Source of the DNA: a virus
IMG/VR virus record: IMGVR_UViG_3300035698_017111
Coordinates: 1-64,000 of that record
DNA length: 64,000 nt
Direction: 5' to 3' (one strand)
In this document: positions 1 to 8,312 of the stretch, piece after piece
Numbering within the stretch: the first letter of the stretch is position 1
Layout of the letters: the number at the start of each line of letters is the position of its first letter
Program-made: the position numbers and the translations under genes
Notes under the pieces: generated by a model
Seen by the model: the letters and a program-made list of their open reading frames with translations, nothing else
What the model was told of the DNA's origin: nothing
Databases searched by the model: none

Positions 1-321
1 TGAATGTGTTTTACTCACAATAGAGTGCATACGATCACGACATCTTTGAAGAGCGTCAATGACCTCATTGTAAAGCTCAATATCTGAATCTTCTTCAAGT
101 TCTACCGCAATACTTATATTCATTGCCTCAATTTCTTTTCGAAGAACGGAAATGTTGGCGAAATTCTGATTCTTAATTATCAACAATTTATCTTTAAACC
201 TATCCTTAAAAGCAGCAGAACTTGGCATATCCAAAAGTTCTGGAACAGTCATGTCTAAATAAAACTGATCTTTCTCTTTTGCAGTTGGTTTTACAGGTTT
301 TTTTTCATTTTCTTCTGTCAT
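1..321 (-). CDS. Hypothetical protein, runs off window start (MTEENEKKPVK...)
   Basis: ATG at 321 overlaps the TAA of the upstream ORF; frame open to position 1. Confidence 0.6.
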   Translation of the reverse strand, partial: MTEENEKKPVKPTAKEKDQFYLDMTVPELLDMPSSAAFKDRFKDKLLIIKNQNFANISVLRKEIEAMNISIAVELEEDSDIELYNEVIDALQRCRDRMHSIVSKTHS

Positions 322-707
322 TAGAATGCCACTTCTCCCTCGATACTATCTGGTATTGACATGTTACCCTCATGCTCTGCAACCATATCGTCAAACCCAT
401 CGATTTGAGATTCCAAATCTGGATTCGCTTCAATATCATCACCCAAGCCAAGAAGAGCTGAGTTCTTTTTGTCCTTAGCCAACTCCATTAAATTTCGAAT
501 ACCACGATCAATATCTTTTTCTGTCTCCAGTCGAACCTTTTCGCTAAGAACATTACATTTTTTATTAAACTCCTCCTCATCACCAACCTCAATTGGGAAC
601 GACATAAATGTTCCACATTCAATATTGTCATAACGAGAACTTACAGCTTTGAGATTAACCTTACGAGAATAACTCTTTGTAATCCTAATAGACTTTTTAT
701 GTCCCAT
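321..707 (-). CDS. Hypothetical protein with acidic C-terminus
   Basis: 128-aa ORF with GGAGG RBS, co-oriented with neighbours. Confidence 0.6.
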   Translation of the reverse strand: MGHKKSIRITKSYSRKVNLKAVSSRYDNIECGTFMSFPIEVGDEEEFNKKCNVLSEKVRLETEKDIDRGIRNLMELAKDKKNSALLGLGDDIEANPDLESQIDGFDDMVAEHEGNMSIPDSIEGEVAF

Positions 708-748
708 TTTACAGCCTCCAATACAGCAATTATAGATACGTTATACGA

Positions 749-1393
749 TTAAAACAATGAAGTCTTCTCAACTAATTTACCAGCAAAGGACACGGGCACG
801 TTCGTAGATTTGGTCGCCATTTTCTTAATTTGATCTATTCTGCGTATCTCCTCAAGAATCTTCTTGTCTGTACCAAACTCACGAAACACAGAGTTTTCCA
901 AAAGAATTTTTGTCGTCTTAGAATCAACAATAGACTTATTGACATTTATTAGAAAATCAACGATAGAAGATGTGGATTGAATCTTCATTAAATGATCAGA
1001 AGCTCTTTGCCCAACACCCTTAAGGCTTACAAATGGAGCCAAAACTTCCATATCACCATTTGGACAATACCACGTTTTACTTCTATTTATTTCAGGTGGT
1101 AGAATCTTCAACTCTGGATATTCTTCTTGGAAGTGATCAATACACTCCTGAAGCTTTTCTTCATTCTTCTGTGCAGCAGAAGTCAGTATCGCACAAATAA
1201 ATTCAGTAGTATAATACGTCTTCAGATATGCCGTTTGATATGTAATGTAACCATATGCAGTCGAGTTTTTCGATATTACATTCCTTCCAGAACCGTCATA
1301 GATTAGATAATTGTGTTGCTTAGATTTCATAGACACATTATATACTGTTTCTTTTCCCATCTTTCTACAAGATACAATTTTTGATTTTTTCAT
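749..1393 (-). CDS. dnaE: DNA polymerase III alpha fragment 4: split-intein C half (43 aa) fused to the C-terminal DnaE extein (fingers end and HhH)
   Basis: MKKSKIVS..ETVYNVS..HNYLI..VISKN then S-TAYGYITYQTAYLKTYYTTEF, ILPPEINRS, SLKGVG; no OB-fold or tau-binding domain. Confidence 0.9.
   Translation of the reverse strand: MKKSKIVSCRKMGKETVYNVSMKSKQHNYLIYDGSGRNVISKNSTAYGYITYQTAYLKTYYTTEFICAILTSAAQKNEEKLQECIDHFQEEYPELKILPPEINRSKTWYCPNGDMEVLAPFVSLKGVGQRASDHLMKIQSTSSIVDFLINVNKSIVDSKTTKILLENSVFREFGTDKKILEEIRRIDQIKKMATKSTNVPVSFAGKLVEKTSLF
1265..1393 (-). mobile_element. Split intein 2, C half (IntC2)
   Basis: Basic 43-aa peptide with block F (VYNVS..HNY) ending K-N, followed by Ser+1. Confidence 0.85.
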
Positions 1394-2510
1394 ATTTTCT
1401 CTCCAAATAAAAATTACCTTTGTTGAAATATATCCACCTATAGAATCTAATCATCTCTGCTCTACCACCCATTAACCTCAAATCATATATACCTGAGTGA
1501 TTGTTTTTTCTAAAATACCTCTTAAAATTAAAACAAGTATTTTTGTCTTCTTCTATTGACTTTGAAAATAACGGAGAGGCAGTCGCAATAGAAACCCAAG
1601 GATAACCAGATTTCTTTATCAAACCTATAGAACCATCTCCATCTATTATTCCCCTATAATATGAACTTAAATATTTCTTAGGCATATTCCAATCATATTC
1701 AAGGGTAAACGTTTTTCTTTTTGTTATACCATATTTTTTTAAATCTTGAGATATTTCTGGGCAATGACATGTGAATCTAGCCATTTTACATTTTCCACCA
1801 TTTCCAATTACCTCAATAACACTACAGGACTCTCCAATTTCTTTAGCTATTCTTTCCAAAATATATCTATCGCAAACTTGTAATTGAATAGCAACTCCTT
1901 CGTAATTTTTTAAAACATACCCATCCGTGGCAAACAACCCTACCATATAAGCTTTTTTATGAGAGTTTATGGTATTAAAATAATCAACATTATAATAGGT
2001 ATATTTTTTACAAGGTCTAACATTAACGCCTCTCCTGTGAAGAACATCCAATACCGTTTTCCGTGTTAAAAAACCATATTTATGAGAAATAAATTCTGCA
2101 GTATTATTATTATTATTATAATCAACAATCATCTTCTCTTCTATATCTTTTGTTATTTTTTTGTTATATGGATTCCCCCTAACGGTTTTTATTTTGTTTT
2201 CTCTTTTGAACTTCAACAAAGAGCTTAATCTTACTTTCCGTCTTAAAGAAATGTCTTTCAAACTTACCCTGTGTTTATGTGCCCAATGGCACAAAAACCT
2301 ATAATATCTATCTCTTTTATTGGCAAAATTGAACTCATCCCTAATTCTCTGCAAAATCCTCAAAGTCAATAATTCACGGTCTTCATCTTTAATCTTTAAC
2401 AAAATACTAGAAAGAGAACAATGCCTAAAATAAAGGTTTCTTATATATGTGTAATCTAATTTACTTATTTCTTTCTTGTTCCATGGAACACACTTTTCTT
2501 TTTTATTCAT
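1365..2510 (-). CDS. Free-standing LAGLIDADG homing endonuclease between the halves of split intein 2
   Basis: Two motifs, AYMVGLFATDG and SYYRGIIDGDGSI, with an N-terminal basic/HTH-like extension. Confidence 0.85.
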   Translation of the reverse strand: MNKKEKCVPWNKKEISKLDYTYIRNLYFRHCSLSSILLKIKDEDRELLTLRILQRIRDEFNFANKRDRYYRFLCHWAHKHRVSLKDISLRRKVRLSSLLKFKRENKIKTVRGNPYNKKITKDIEEKMIVDYNNNNNTAEFISHKYGFLTRKTVLDVLHRRGVNVRPCKKYTYYNVDYFNTINSHKKAYMVGLFATDGYVLKNYEGVAIQLQVCDRYILERIAKEIGESCSVIEVIGNGGKCKMARFTCHCPEISQDLKKYGITKRKTFTLEYDWNMPKKYLSSYYRGIIDGDGSIGLIKKSGYPWVSIATASPLFSKSIEEDKNTCFNFKRYFRKNNHSGIYDLRLMGGRAEMIRFYRWIYFNKGNFYLERKYEKIKNCIL

Positions 2511-2541
2511 TTCACACCTCCGAATACAGATATATTACAAT

Positions 2542-4425
2542 CTATACTTCGGACATTATTTCAAAATCCCCTTCTATAATCTCAGAAACCTTTCTAAAGG
2601 TATTGTCAGAACACAAAAATCTATGCTCCATCGTACATTTAAATGACATGGCATTGTTTAATGTTATTTCAAAAACTTCCTGTTCCCCAGAATCTATCAA
2701 CTCCATAACCTCATCCTCCAAAGTCTCCCCATCCGAATAAGAATCTAGAATATCACCTGGTTTCAAATCTATTATTTCCATATATTCTTTAGTTTTTTTA
2801 TTAAAAACAAAAGTATCTCCAGACAAACAATGAGATTTGTTGAAAGCATATTCGCCAAACTCCACACAAATCTGCCACATGTCATTAATCAAATTAATCT
2901 GTAATTGGCTCTTGGCACAACCCTCACGAAACAATGGCTCTATCTCGTCAAGAAGAGATCTCTTCTTTTTAGCACAAGCTTTCCTTAGTTTATCTGCCTG
3001 AGCAAATGTAAAGCCAGCCAAAAGCATTGCCATGGAAATCAACTGTTCCTGATAAATCAACTGTCCATATGATTCCTTTAAAACTGGCTCCAATTTTGGA
3101 TGATCATATTCAATATCGTCTGGAAACTTTTTACCCTCTGCGTATTTATTATGCATATCACACGACAAAGGACCAGGTCTACCAAGAGCATTTGCTGCAA
3201 CAATATCATTAAAATCAGCACAACCAATAATTTCCATAACACCAGGATAATGTCGTGTCCTGACCTTGCCAGTTTTTTTACTAAGAAGAGGTTGTCCCGT
3301 CTTTCTATCCTTCATTGGGAAATCACTACCCCTAAAAGATCTACCAGATATTTGGAACAAACCTTCCAATTTATTATCGTCTATTGTTTTAAAGACCTTC
3401 TCATCGTCAGTCTCCAAATTATCAAGATCAAAATCTATCTCTTTACCAGCATCTCGAATAAGTTGTTCGGTAAGGGTCATTTGCCTAAGGTTATTCAACT
3501 GTAAGAAGTCGAACTTAAGAAGACCAATGTCCTCAATGTCATCCATGTCGAATTGTGTCGTAAGCCAATTGCCAGAAACAACCTCATCCTCAAACGACAA
3601 ACCAGCATCTGCTTTATTTTCATTCTGAACTTTAGCGATATGTAATCCAATGTCTTCTGTAATGCTTCTAGACGAAACAACAACACCGGCCGCATGTGTA
3701 CCAAACGACTTAATAAGACCTTCCAACTTACACGCCGCTTCAAAGACCTTTGGATTATCTTCCACCTCTTGCTCTAATCTATCAATTGCTTCGCCTATCC
3801 TCTTATTTGGAGGTTTAAAACTTTCATCTTCACCCATCCATTGCTTCATCTTCATTGTTGGATGGTTAGGCATAATCTTAGATATTCTCTTGGCTTCCTG
3901 GTCATTCTCTGTAGAAAATCTCTTATCACCAGGGACATTGCTTCGAGTAATATCCAATGCCTTTGCCGCAAATTGAACAGCTGCTTTTGGTTTAAAACAA
4001 ATATCTGTTCCAATTAGAGCAATCTTCTCTTCACCATACAGATCACACATGTGTTGTAGAATTGATTCTCTATGCTCAAAATCGATATCAATATCAGGTG
4101 GACTAATTCGAGATGCTTCTTTATTTAACTCAAAACGAAAAGAGAATCCTTTGGAAATATCTGGTTTCTTTTTCGTGATACACAACAAATATAGCAAAAG
4201 AGAATTTGGCTTGTTGTCTTCACCACCAATCTTTTTCTTCTGGAGAAATTCTAAAACACACTCCATAAGAGTTTCTCTTTCGGACATAAAGTCAAATTCT
4301 TCTTTTAATCTATCCTTTTCATCCTGACCAAACCCAAGTTTCTCTCCACGTCCATCAAGGAACTTCTTAATAAGAGAAAGTAGTTTTGTTTTTAATTCTA
4401 GTTTTTTACTTGACACTTCAACCAC
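2542..4425 (-). CDS. dnaE: DNA polymerase III alpha fragment 3: catalytic core fused to a split-intein N half
   Basis: SPPDIDIDF, GTHAAGVVV, GLLKFDFL, ALGRPGP, LIYQEQ, ADKLRKA, EYAFNKSH then CLSGDT...CTMEHRF intein blocks A/B; GTG start overlaps the upstream TGA. Confidence 0.92.
   Translation of the reverse strand: MVEVSSKKLELKTKLLSLIKKFLDGRGEKLGFGQDEKDRLKEEFDFMSERETLMECVLEFLQKKKIGGEDNKPNSLLLYLLCITKKKPDISKGFSFRFELNKEASRISPPDIDIDFEHRESILQHMCDLYGEEKIALIGTDICFKPKAAVQFAAKALDITRSNVPGDKRFSTENDQEAKRISKIMPNHPTMKMKQWMGEDESFKPPNKRIGEAIDRLEQEVEDNPKVFEAACKLEGLIKSFGTHAAGVVVSSRSITEDIGLHIAKVQNENKADAGLSFEDEVVSGNWLTTQFDMDDIEDIGLLKFDFLQLNNLRQMTLTEQLIRDAGKEIDFDLDNLETDDEKVFKTIDDNKLEGLFQISGRSFRGSDFPMKDRKTGQPLLSKKTGKVRTRHYPGVMEIIGCADFNDIVAANALGRPGPLSCDMHNKYAEGKKFPDDIEYDHPKLEPVLKESYGQLIYQEQLISMAMLLAGFTFAQADKLRKACAKKKRSLLDEIEPLFREGCAKSQLQINLINDMWQICVEFGEYAFNKSHCLSGDTFVFNKKTKEYMEIIDLKPGDILDSYSDGETLEDEVMELIDSGEQEVFEITLNNAMSFKCTMEHRFLCSDNTFRKVSEIIEGDFEIMSEV
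2545..2829 (-). mobile_element. Split intein 2, N half (IntN2, 95 aa)
   Basis: Starts CLSGDT, contains block B TxxH (CTMEH), acidic, ends at stop. Confidence 0.88.
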
Positions 4426-4675
4426 CTACCTTTGCTTTGAAAACATCGTCGTCATAAAGCTTATAATCTGCATCTGCAAAGAGAAAACGATCCATGCTCA
4501 GATCATATTTAATGGGATCTATGTTCGTAATCCCAAGACAATAACACACGAGGCTTCCAACGGCTGAATTGTGAACAGACAAACCTTCTATATTGTATGT
4601 GTGGGTGTTTTCTACGGAAAGATCATAAACCTTCCCTGTATATTTTGTTTTTTTTATTTTTTTTATTTTAGCCAT
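4418..4675 (-). CDS. dnaE: DNA polymerase III alpha fragment 2: split-intein C half (36 aa) plus a 49-aa DnaE extein
   Basis: MAKIKKIKK..KVYDLSVENTHTY..VHN then SAVGSLVCYCLGITNIDPIKYDLSMDRFL; ATG at 4675 preferred over 4690. Confidence 0.9.
   Translation of the reverse strand: MAKIKKIKKTKYTGKVYDLSVENTHTYNIEGLSVHNSAVGSLVCYCLGITNIDPIKYDLSMDRFLFADADYKLYDDDVFKAKVGG
4568..4675 (-). mobile_element. Split intein 1, C half (IntC1)
   Basis: Lys-rich 36-aa peptide, VYDLSV block F, terminal HN followed by Ser+1. Confidence 0.9.
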
Positions 4676-4676
4676 T

Positions 4677-5696
4677 TTAAATTCTTCCACCAGACCATTT
4701 CTTTAATTTATGATACCAATTTCTAAAACAAGAATTATCATTAAAAGATATATCATAATTATTAAAAATTTTCGTATACTTCTCTTTTAAAAAACTATCT
4801 CTCCTAACAAAAAGACCTAAATTGTGCAAATCTTTTTGATACAACAAATCATAACCCAATCCTGTTTTCTCTATTGTTGCTTGTTTTTTTGCTTCTGCAT
4901 TCAAGGAATTCCTCCCCTTCACCTCAACTATCTTCACAATATCGTCAATATTCGTCACAATAAAATCTGGGTAATGTCGCCTATTTCGACCACCGTTATC
5001 TCTATATGTGATTGGAGAACCGTCATATCTTCTTATTTGACGTATATTTTCACTTTCAAAACAATACACCACATAAAACAACTCCCAACTGCTATCAAAA
5101 AAAATTCCATTTACCTTGCCTGACAGAAAACTTTTACTTCTCCTTTTTTCGCAATAAAACGGATCATTATACATCAGTCTTATCTGTGCCAATCTTTGTT
5201 TTTCCAATGTTTCTTCCCTGTTTTGAGATATTAATTGAGATTCAGAATTATGTTTTCTCCATTCACTAGAATTGGTTGCGAACTTAAGTGAACATTTCCT
5301 ACAAATTGGCTTAGTTCCAACTATTTTTCTTCTCTTCATAGAATTAAATTGCATTTTTTCCAAATTACCACATTCAGAACATTTGAATTCAATTTCTCTT
5401 TTTGTACTCAAAATGTCTATAAACGGAATAATTCTTTCATATGGCCAAATTGTTTTATCCAGTAAATCCCAAAGAGGTTGTGGGTAGTTTTCTTTCTTCA
5501 TGTGAACTGGATTTGGTATCATTTTTTTATAACATTTTTGACAAATAGACTGTTCGTTATAGTGTTTTCTTTTTTTAAACATTCCTTTGTCTATTCTGAA
5601 AAAACAACCACATTCCTGACAAAAAAAATCCAAACGAATAGGCATAATGATCTCCTTTATTGTTGCATTATATCTATTCTTCAAACTGCCAAACAA
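4677..5696 (-). CDS. Free-standing PD-(D/E)XK (TnsA-N-like) endonuclease with N-terminal zinc fingers, between the halves of split intein 1
   Basis: Four CxxC motifs (CQEC, CQKC, CSEC, CRKC); FDSSWE...HYPDF...IVEVKG. Confidence 0.75.
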   Translation of the reverse strand: MFGSLKNRYNATIKEIIMPIRLDFFCQECGCFFRIDKGMFKKRKHYNEQSICQKCYKKMIPNPVHMKKENYPQPLWDLLDKTIWPYERIIPFIDILSTKREIEFKCSECGNLEKMQFNSMKRRKIVGTKPICRKCSLKFATNSSEWRKHNSESQLISQNREETLEKQRLAQIRLMYNDPFYCEKRRSKSFLSGKVNGIFFDSSWELFYVVYCFESENIRQIRRYDGSPITYRDNGGRNRRHYPDFIVTNIDDIVKIVEVKGRNSLNAEAKKQATIEKTGLGYDLLYQKDLHNLGLFVRRDSFLKEKYTKIFNNYDISFNDNSCFRNWYHKLKKWSGGRI

Positions 5697-5722
5697 TACC
5701 TCTTCCTATACCGATTGTTATT

Positions 5723-7114
5723 CTATCGTCCAATCAAATCAACAATATCATCATTTTCCTTAAGGTCTTTTGCATGAACCCAGACTTCTTGATCATCTCT
5801 GTTGATTAATATTAAATGATCTTCCGTACAGGTAATTTTCCTTCCATCCTCGACTTCTATTGTAATTACAGTTTCATCCACATCATACTCATATGTATCT
5901 ATAACTCCATTAACCGACCCATCATGAGAAACAACAATTTCTCCAACTTTTACTTCTTCAATGTTCTTTAAACATCCACTATCTAGTAAAACTTTATTTC
6001 CTGGAAGAAAACAACCACGACCAGCACCAATCCTGATGTTGTTATCTCTGGCCCACTTAACGTATTCCCACGTAATTAGAAAGTATCTAACAAATCCAGT
6101 AAATCCAATCGTCTCAAGTTCATCGTAGAATCTTGCACGATACACTGGCTTATCCCACAAATCCTTTTCCCTCATACCTTGTTCGGACAGAAACAAAAGA
6201 AGAGCATCTTCGTCAGTCTTGCCCCATAAATTCTTTTTATATTCAAGAAAATTACTATCAGAAGGAATGTCAAAGTTAGGAAGATCACCAGTACCTAAAA
6301 CCAAATCATAATCACACTTCTCTTCTACCTCCATCGTATTGTGTAAGAACTTTTCGTTCTCACCCTTAAAGATGGCACTCATCTTATCATATGGTTTTAG
6401 GTAATATTCAGATGAAGGCACCTGATCCTCTGGCAACGGTGAGTTTCGAGATATTGAAATCTTTAACGGATGAAATCTTGCATCATCCTTAGTTGAATAA
6501 TGAACATCATTTGTCGCAACTACCTTGATGCCAGATTTCTTTGAGAAACAAATAGTCTCTTTCGCAACTTCTATTTGTGGCTTGTATCCAGTATACATTG
6601 TTTCAAGATAATAATCATCTCCCCAAACATCTCTATACTTTCTTGCAAGATCAAAAGCCTGTTCGGGATTCCCATCTATAATATAACGAGAAAATTGACT
6701 CGACGTACAACCAGAACAAACAACCAAACCCTCATGGTGATCTTTAAGAACATCAAAAGTCAACCGTGGGAAACCATAAGTCATGTTCTTATGGGACTCT
6801 GTTGTCAGCCTCAGTATGTTTCTATAACCCTCTTCGTTTTTACAAAGAAGAGTGAGATGATATCTCTTAGATTTCTTGTCTGCAAAATCCTCCACAACAT
6901 ATGCTTCAAGACCGTAAATTGGCTTTAAACCAACCTCTTTACACTTCTTGTGAAACTTTACAAAACCACCTACTTTACCGTGGTCTGTTAATGCAACTGC
7001 TTTAAAATTCAACTCCTTGGCACGATTAACTAAATCAGAAATTTTCTGAAACCCGTCATATAACGAGTAGTCTGTGTGACAATGAAGATGAACAAATGGT
7101 ACGTGTTCACTCAT
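5723..7114 (-). CDS. dnaE: DNA polymerase III alpha fragment 1: PHP domain to the GRG motif, fused to a split-intein N half
   Basis: FVHLHCHTDYSLYDG, ALTDHG, KPIYGLEAY, ATNDVHY, IGAGRG then CFLPG..CTEDH. Confidence 0.93.
   Translation of the reverse strand: MSEHVPFVHLHCHTDYSLYDGFQKISDLVNRAKELNFKAVALTDHGKVGGFVKFHKKCKEVGLKPIYGLEAYVVEDFADKKSKRYHLTLLCKNEEGYRNILRLTTESHKNMTYGFPRLTFDVLKDHHEGLVVCSGCTSSQFSRYIIDGNPEQAFDLARKYRDVWGDDYYLETMYTGYKPQIEVAKETICFSKKSGIKVVATNDVHYSTKDDARFHPLKISISRNSPLPEDQVPSSEYYLKPYDKMSAIFKGENEKFLHNTMEVEEKCDYDLVLGTGDLPNFDIPSDSNFLEYKKNLWGKTDEDALLLFLSEQGMREKDLWDKPVYRARFYDELETIGFTGFVRYFLITWEYVKWARDNNIRIGAGRGCFLPGNKVLLDSGCLKNIEEVKVGEIVVSHDGSVNGVIDTYEYDVDETVITIEVEDGRKITCTEDHLILINRDDQEVWVHAKDLKENDDIVDLIGR
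5726..6013 (-). mobile_element. Split intein 1, N half (IntN1, 96 aa)
   Basis: Starts CFLPGNKV, block B ITCTEDH, acidic, ends at stop. Confidence 0.9.
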
Positions 7115-7791
7115 TTTGCCCTCCTCTTCATTGGCTTGGGTCTTCTCTTTTGATGAAGTACCCTATCGATAATACCAAACGCTCTTGATTCTTTTACCGA
7201 CATCCATTTGTCTAGTTCCTCCGAAAGGAAAACCTCTTCTATTTCTTTCAAAGTCCTTCCGGTGTTTCTGGAGAATATTCCGTTGAACTTTTTAGCCAAC
7301 CGATCATACTCCCTTTTATAGTAAAGAATGTGTGATGGCTTTACCTCATCAACACTTCCAGAAATTTCATGATACATGAATTCTGCATTCTTACCACCAT
7401 ATCTTTTACCAGGAGCTCCATTAGACGCAATGAGACATGCTGCACTTGCTGCCCTGCCAAGAACAATTGTTCTTATGTCACATGAGCAAGAATCCATTGC
7501 GTCGATTAACGCAAGACAATCAGGAACATATCCACCATCACTGTTGATTACAAGATGAATATCCTCTCCTGGTTCACGATCCTCAAGAATATGTATCTGG
7601 CACACCACATTCAAAATACTCTCAGTACTCACATCACCAAACAAATAAATCTTTCTCTGCTCAAGTCTCTCCATAAAATCAAACATACCCATCATACTAA
7701 GGATATGATCTGGAGCTCCCTTGTTTTCGTTTTCGTTTTCTTCTTCCTCTCCATATCCCCTGATTAATCGTTCGATGATATTCTTACTCAT
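7111..7791 (-). CDS. clpP: ClpP-family serine protease subunit
   Basis: RKIYLFG, INSDGG, GRAASAA (Ser), FMYHE (His), DKWMS (Asp), AFGIID. Confidence 0.9.
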   Translation of the reverse strand: MSKNIIERLIRGYGEEEENENENKGAPDHILSMMGMFDFMERLEQRKIYLFGDVSTESILNVVCQIHILEDREPGEDIHLVINSDGGYVPDCLALIDAMDSCSCDIRTIVLGRAASAACLIASNGAPGKRYGGKNAEFMYHEISGSVDEVKPSHILYYKREYDRLAKKFNGIFSRNTGRTLKEIEEVFLSEELDKWMSVKESRAFGIIDRVLHQKRRPKPMKRRAK

Positions 7792-7799
7792 ATTCTCTC

Positions 7800-8312
7800 C
7801 TAGTATAGGAAATGGTGGTTGTCTATTTCCTTCTTAGTCATACCCTTTTCTTCTATAATTTTTTTTCTCATGAAGATGGGAAGCTCTATACTATGCATCA
7901 TACATACGACATCAGAGAAGTATATGTTGGTGCAAAAGAACTTGTTATCAAGTTCAGTAACCAGATAGGTAAAAAACGTTCCACCCTCTTCCTTGTCAAC
8001 AAAAGACAATATTATATTAACGCCATAAAAACTAGATAACACCGAAAACAAACCTTGGCTCGTTGGAATTGTCTTCGTATGGCCATCCATATAAACCTTA
8101 ACGTTAAGGAAGGATCTGGTGGAGAGTGGCACGTCAACAAAATACTCTGGATCCAAACATTCTACCAATGCCCCAAACCTAGTGCATGGTGTTCTTGGGT
8201 CATAACAATAAGCTCTAACACGTTTAACTCTAGTGAATTCACTAAAGAAATCATGAGATTTGGTATAGAAATTTAACAAACCACCAATTTTTTCAATTGC
8301 TATAGTGTTCAT
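7800..8312 (-). CDS. Divergent bifunctional-nuclease (DUF151/BFN)-like protein
   Basis: IPTSQGLF..GGTFFTYL..FSDVVCM..LPIFMRKKIIEE resembles the RPxTHDL..GTFYA.L..PSDAIAL..PIYV pattern. Confidence 0.5.
   Translation of the reverse strand: MNTIAIEKIGGLLNFYTKSHDFFSEFTRVKRVRAYCYDPRTPCTRFGALVECLDPEYFVDVPLSTRSFLNVKVYMDGHTKTIPTSQGLFSVLSSFYGVNIILSFVDKEEGGTFFTYLVTELDNKFFCTNIYFSDVVCMMHSIELPIFMRKKIIEEKGMTKKEIDNHHFLY

Noticed and set aside
4418-4425. Simple sequencing frameshift joining dnaE fragments 2 and 3
   Set aside because: Fusion would insert ~120 aa containing a duplicate of the preceding segment, and the GTG/TGA overlap looks like translational coupling; programmed recoding is not fully excluded.
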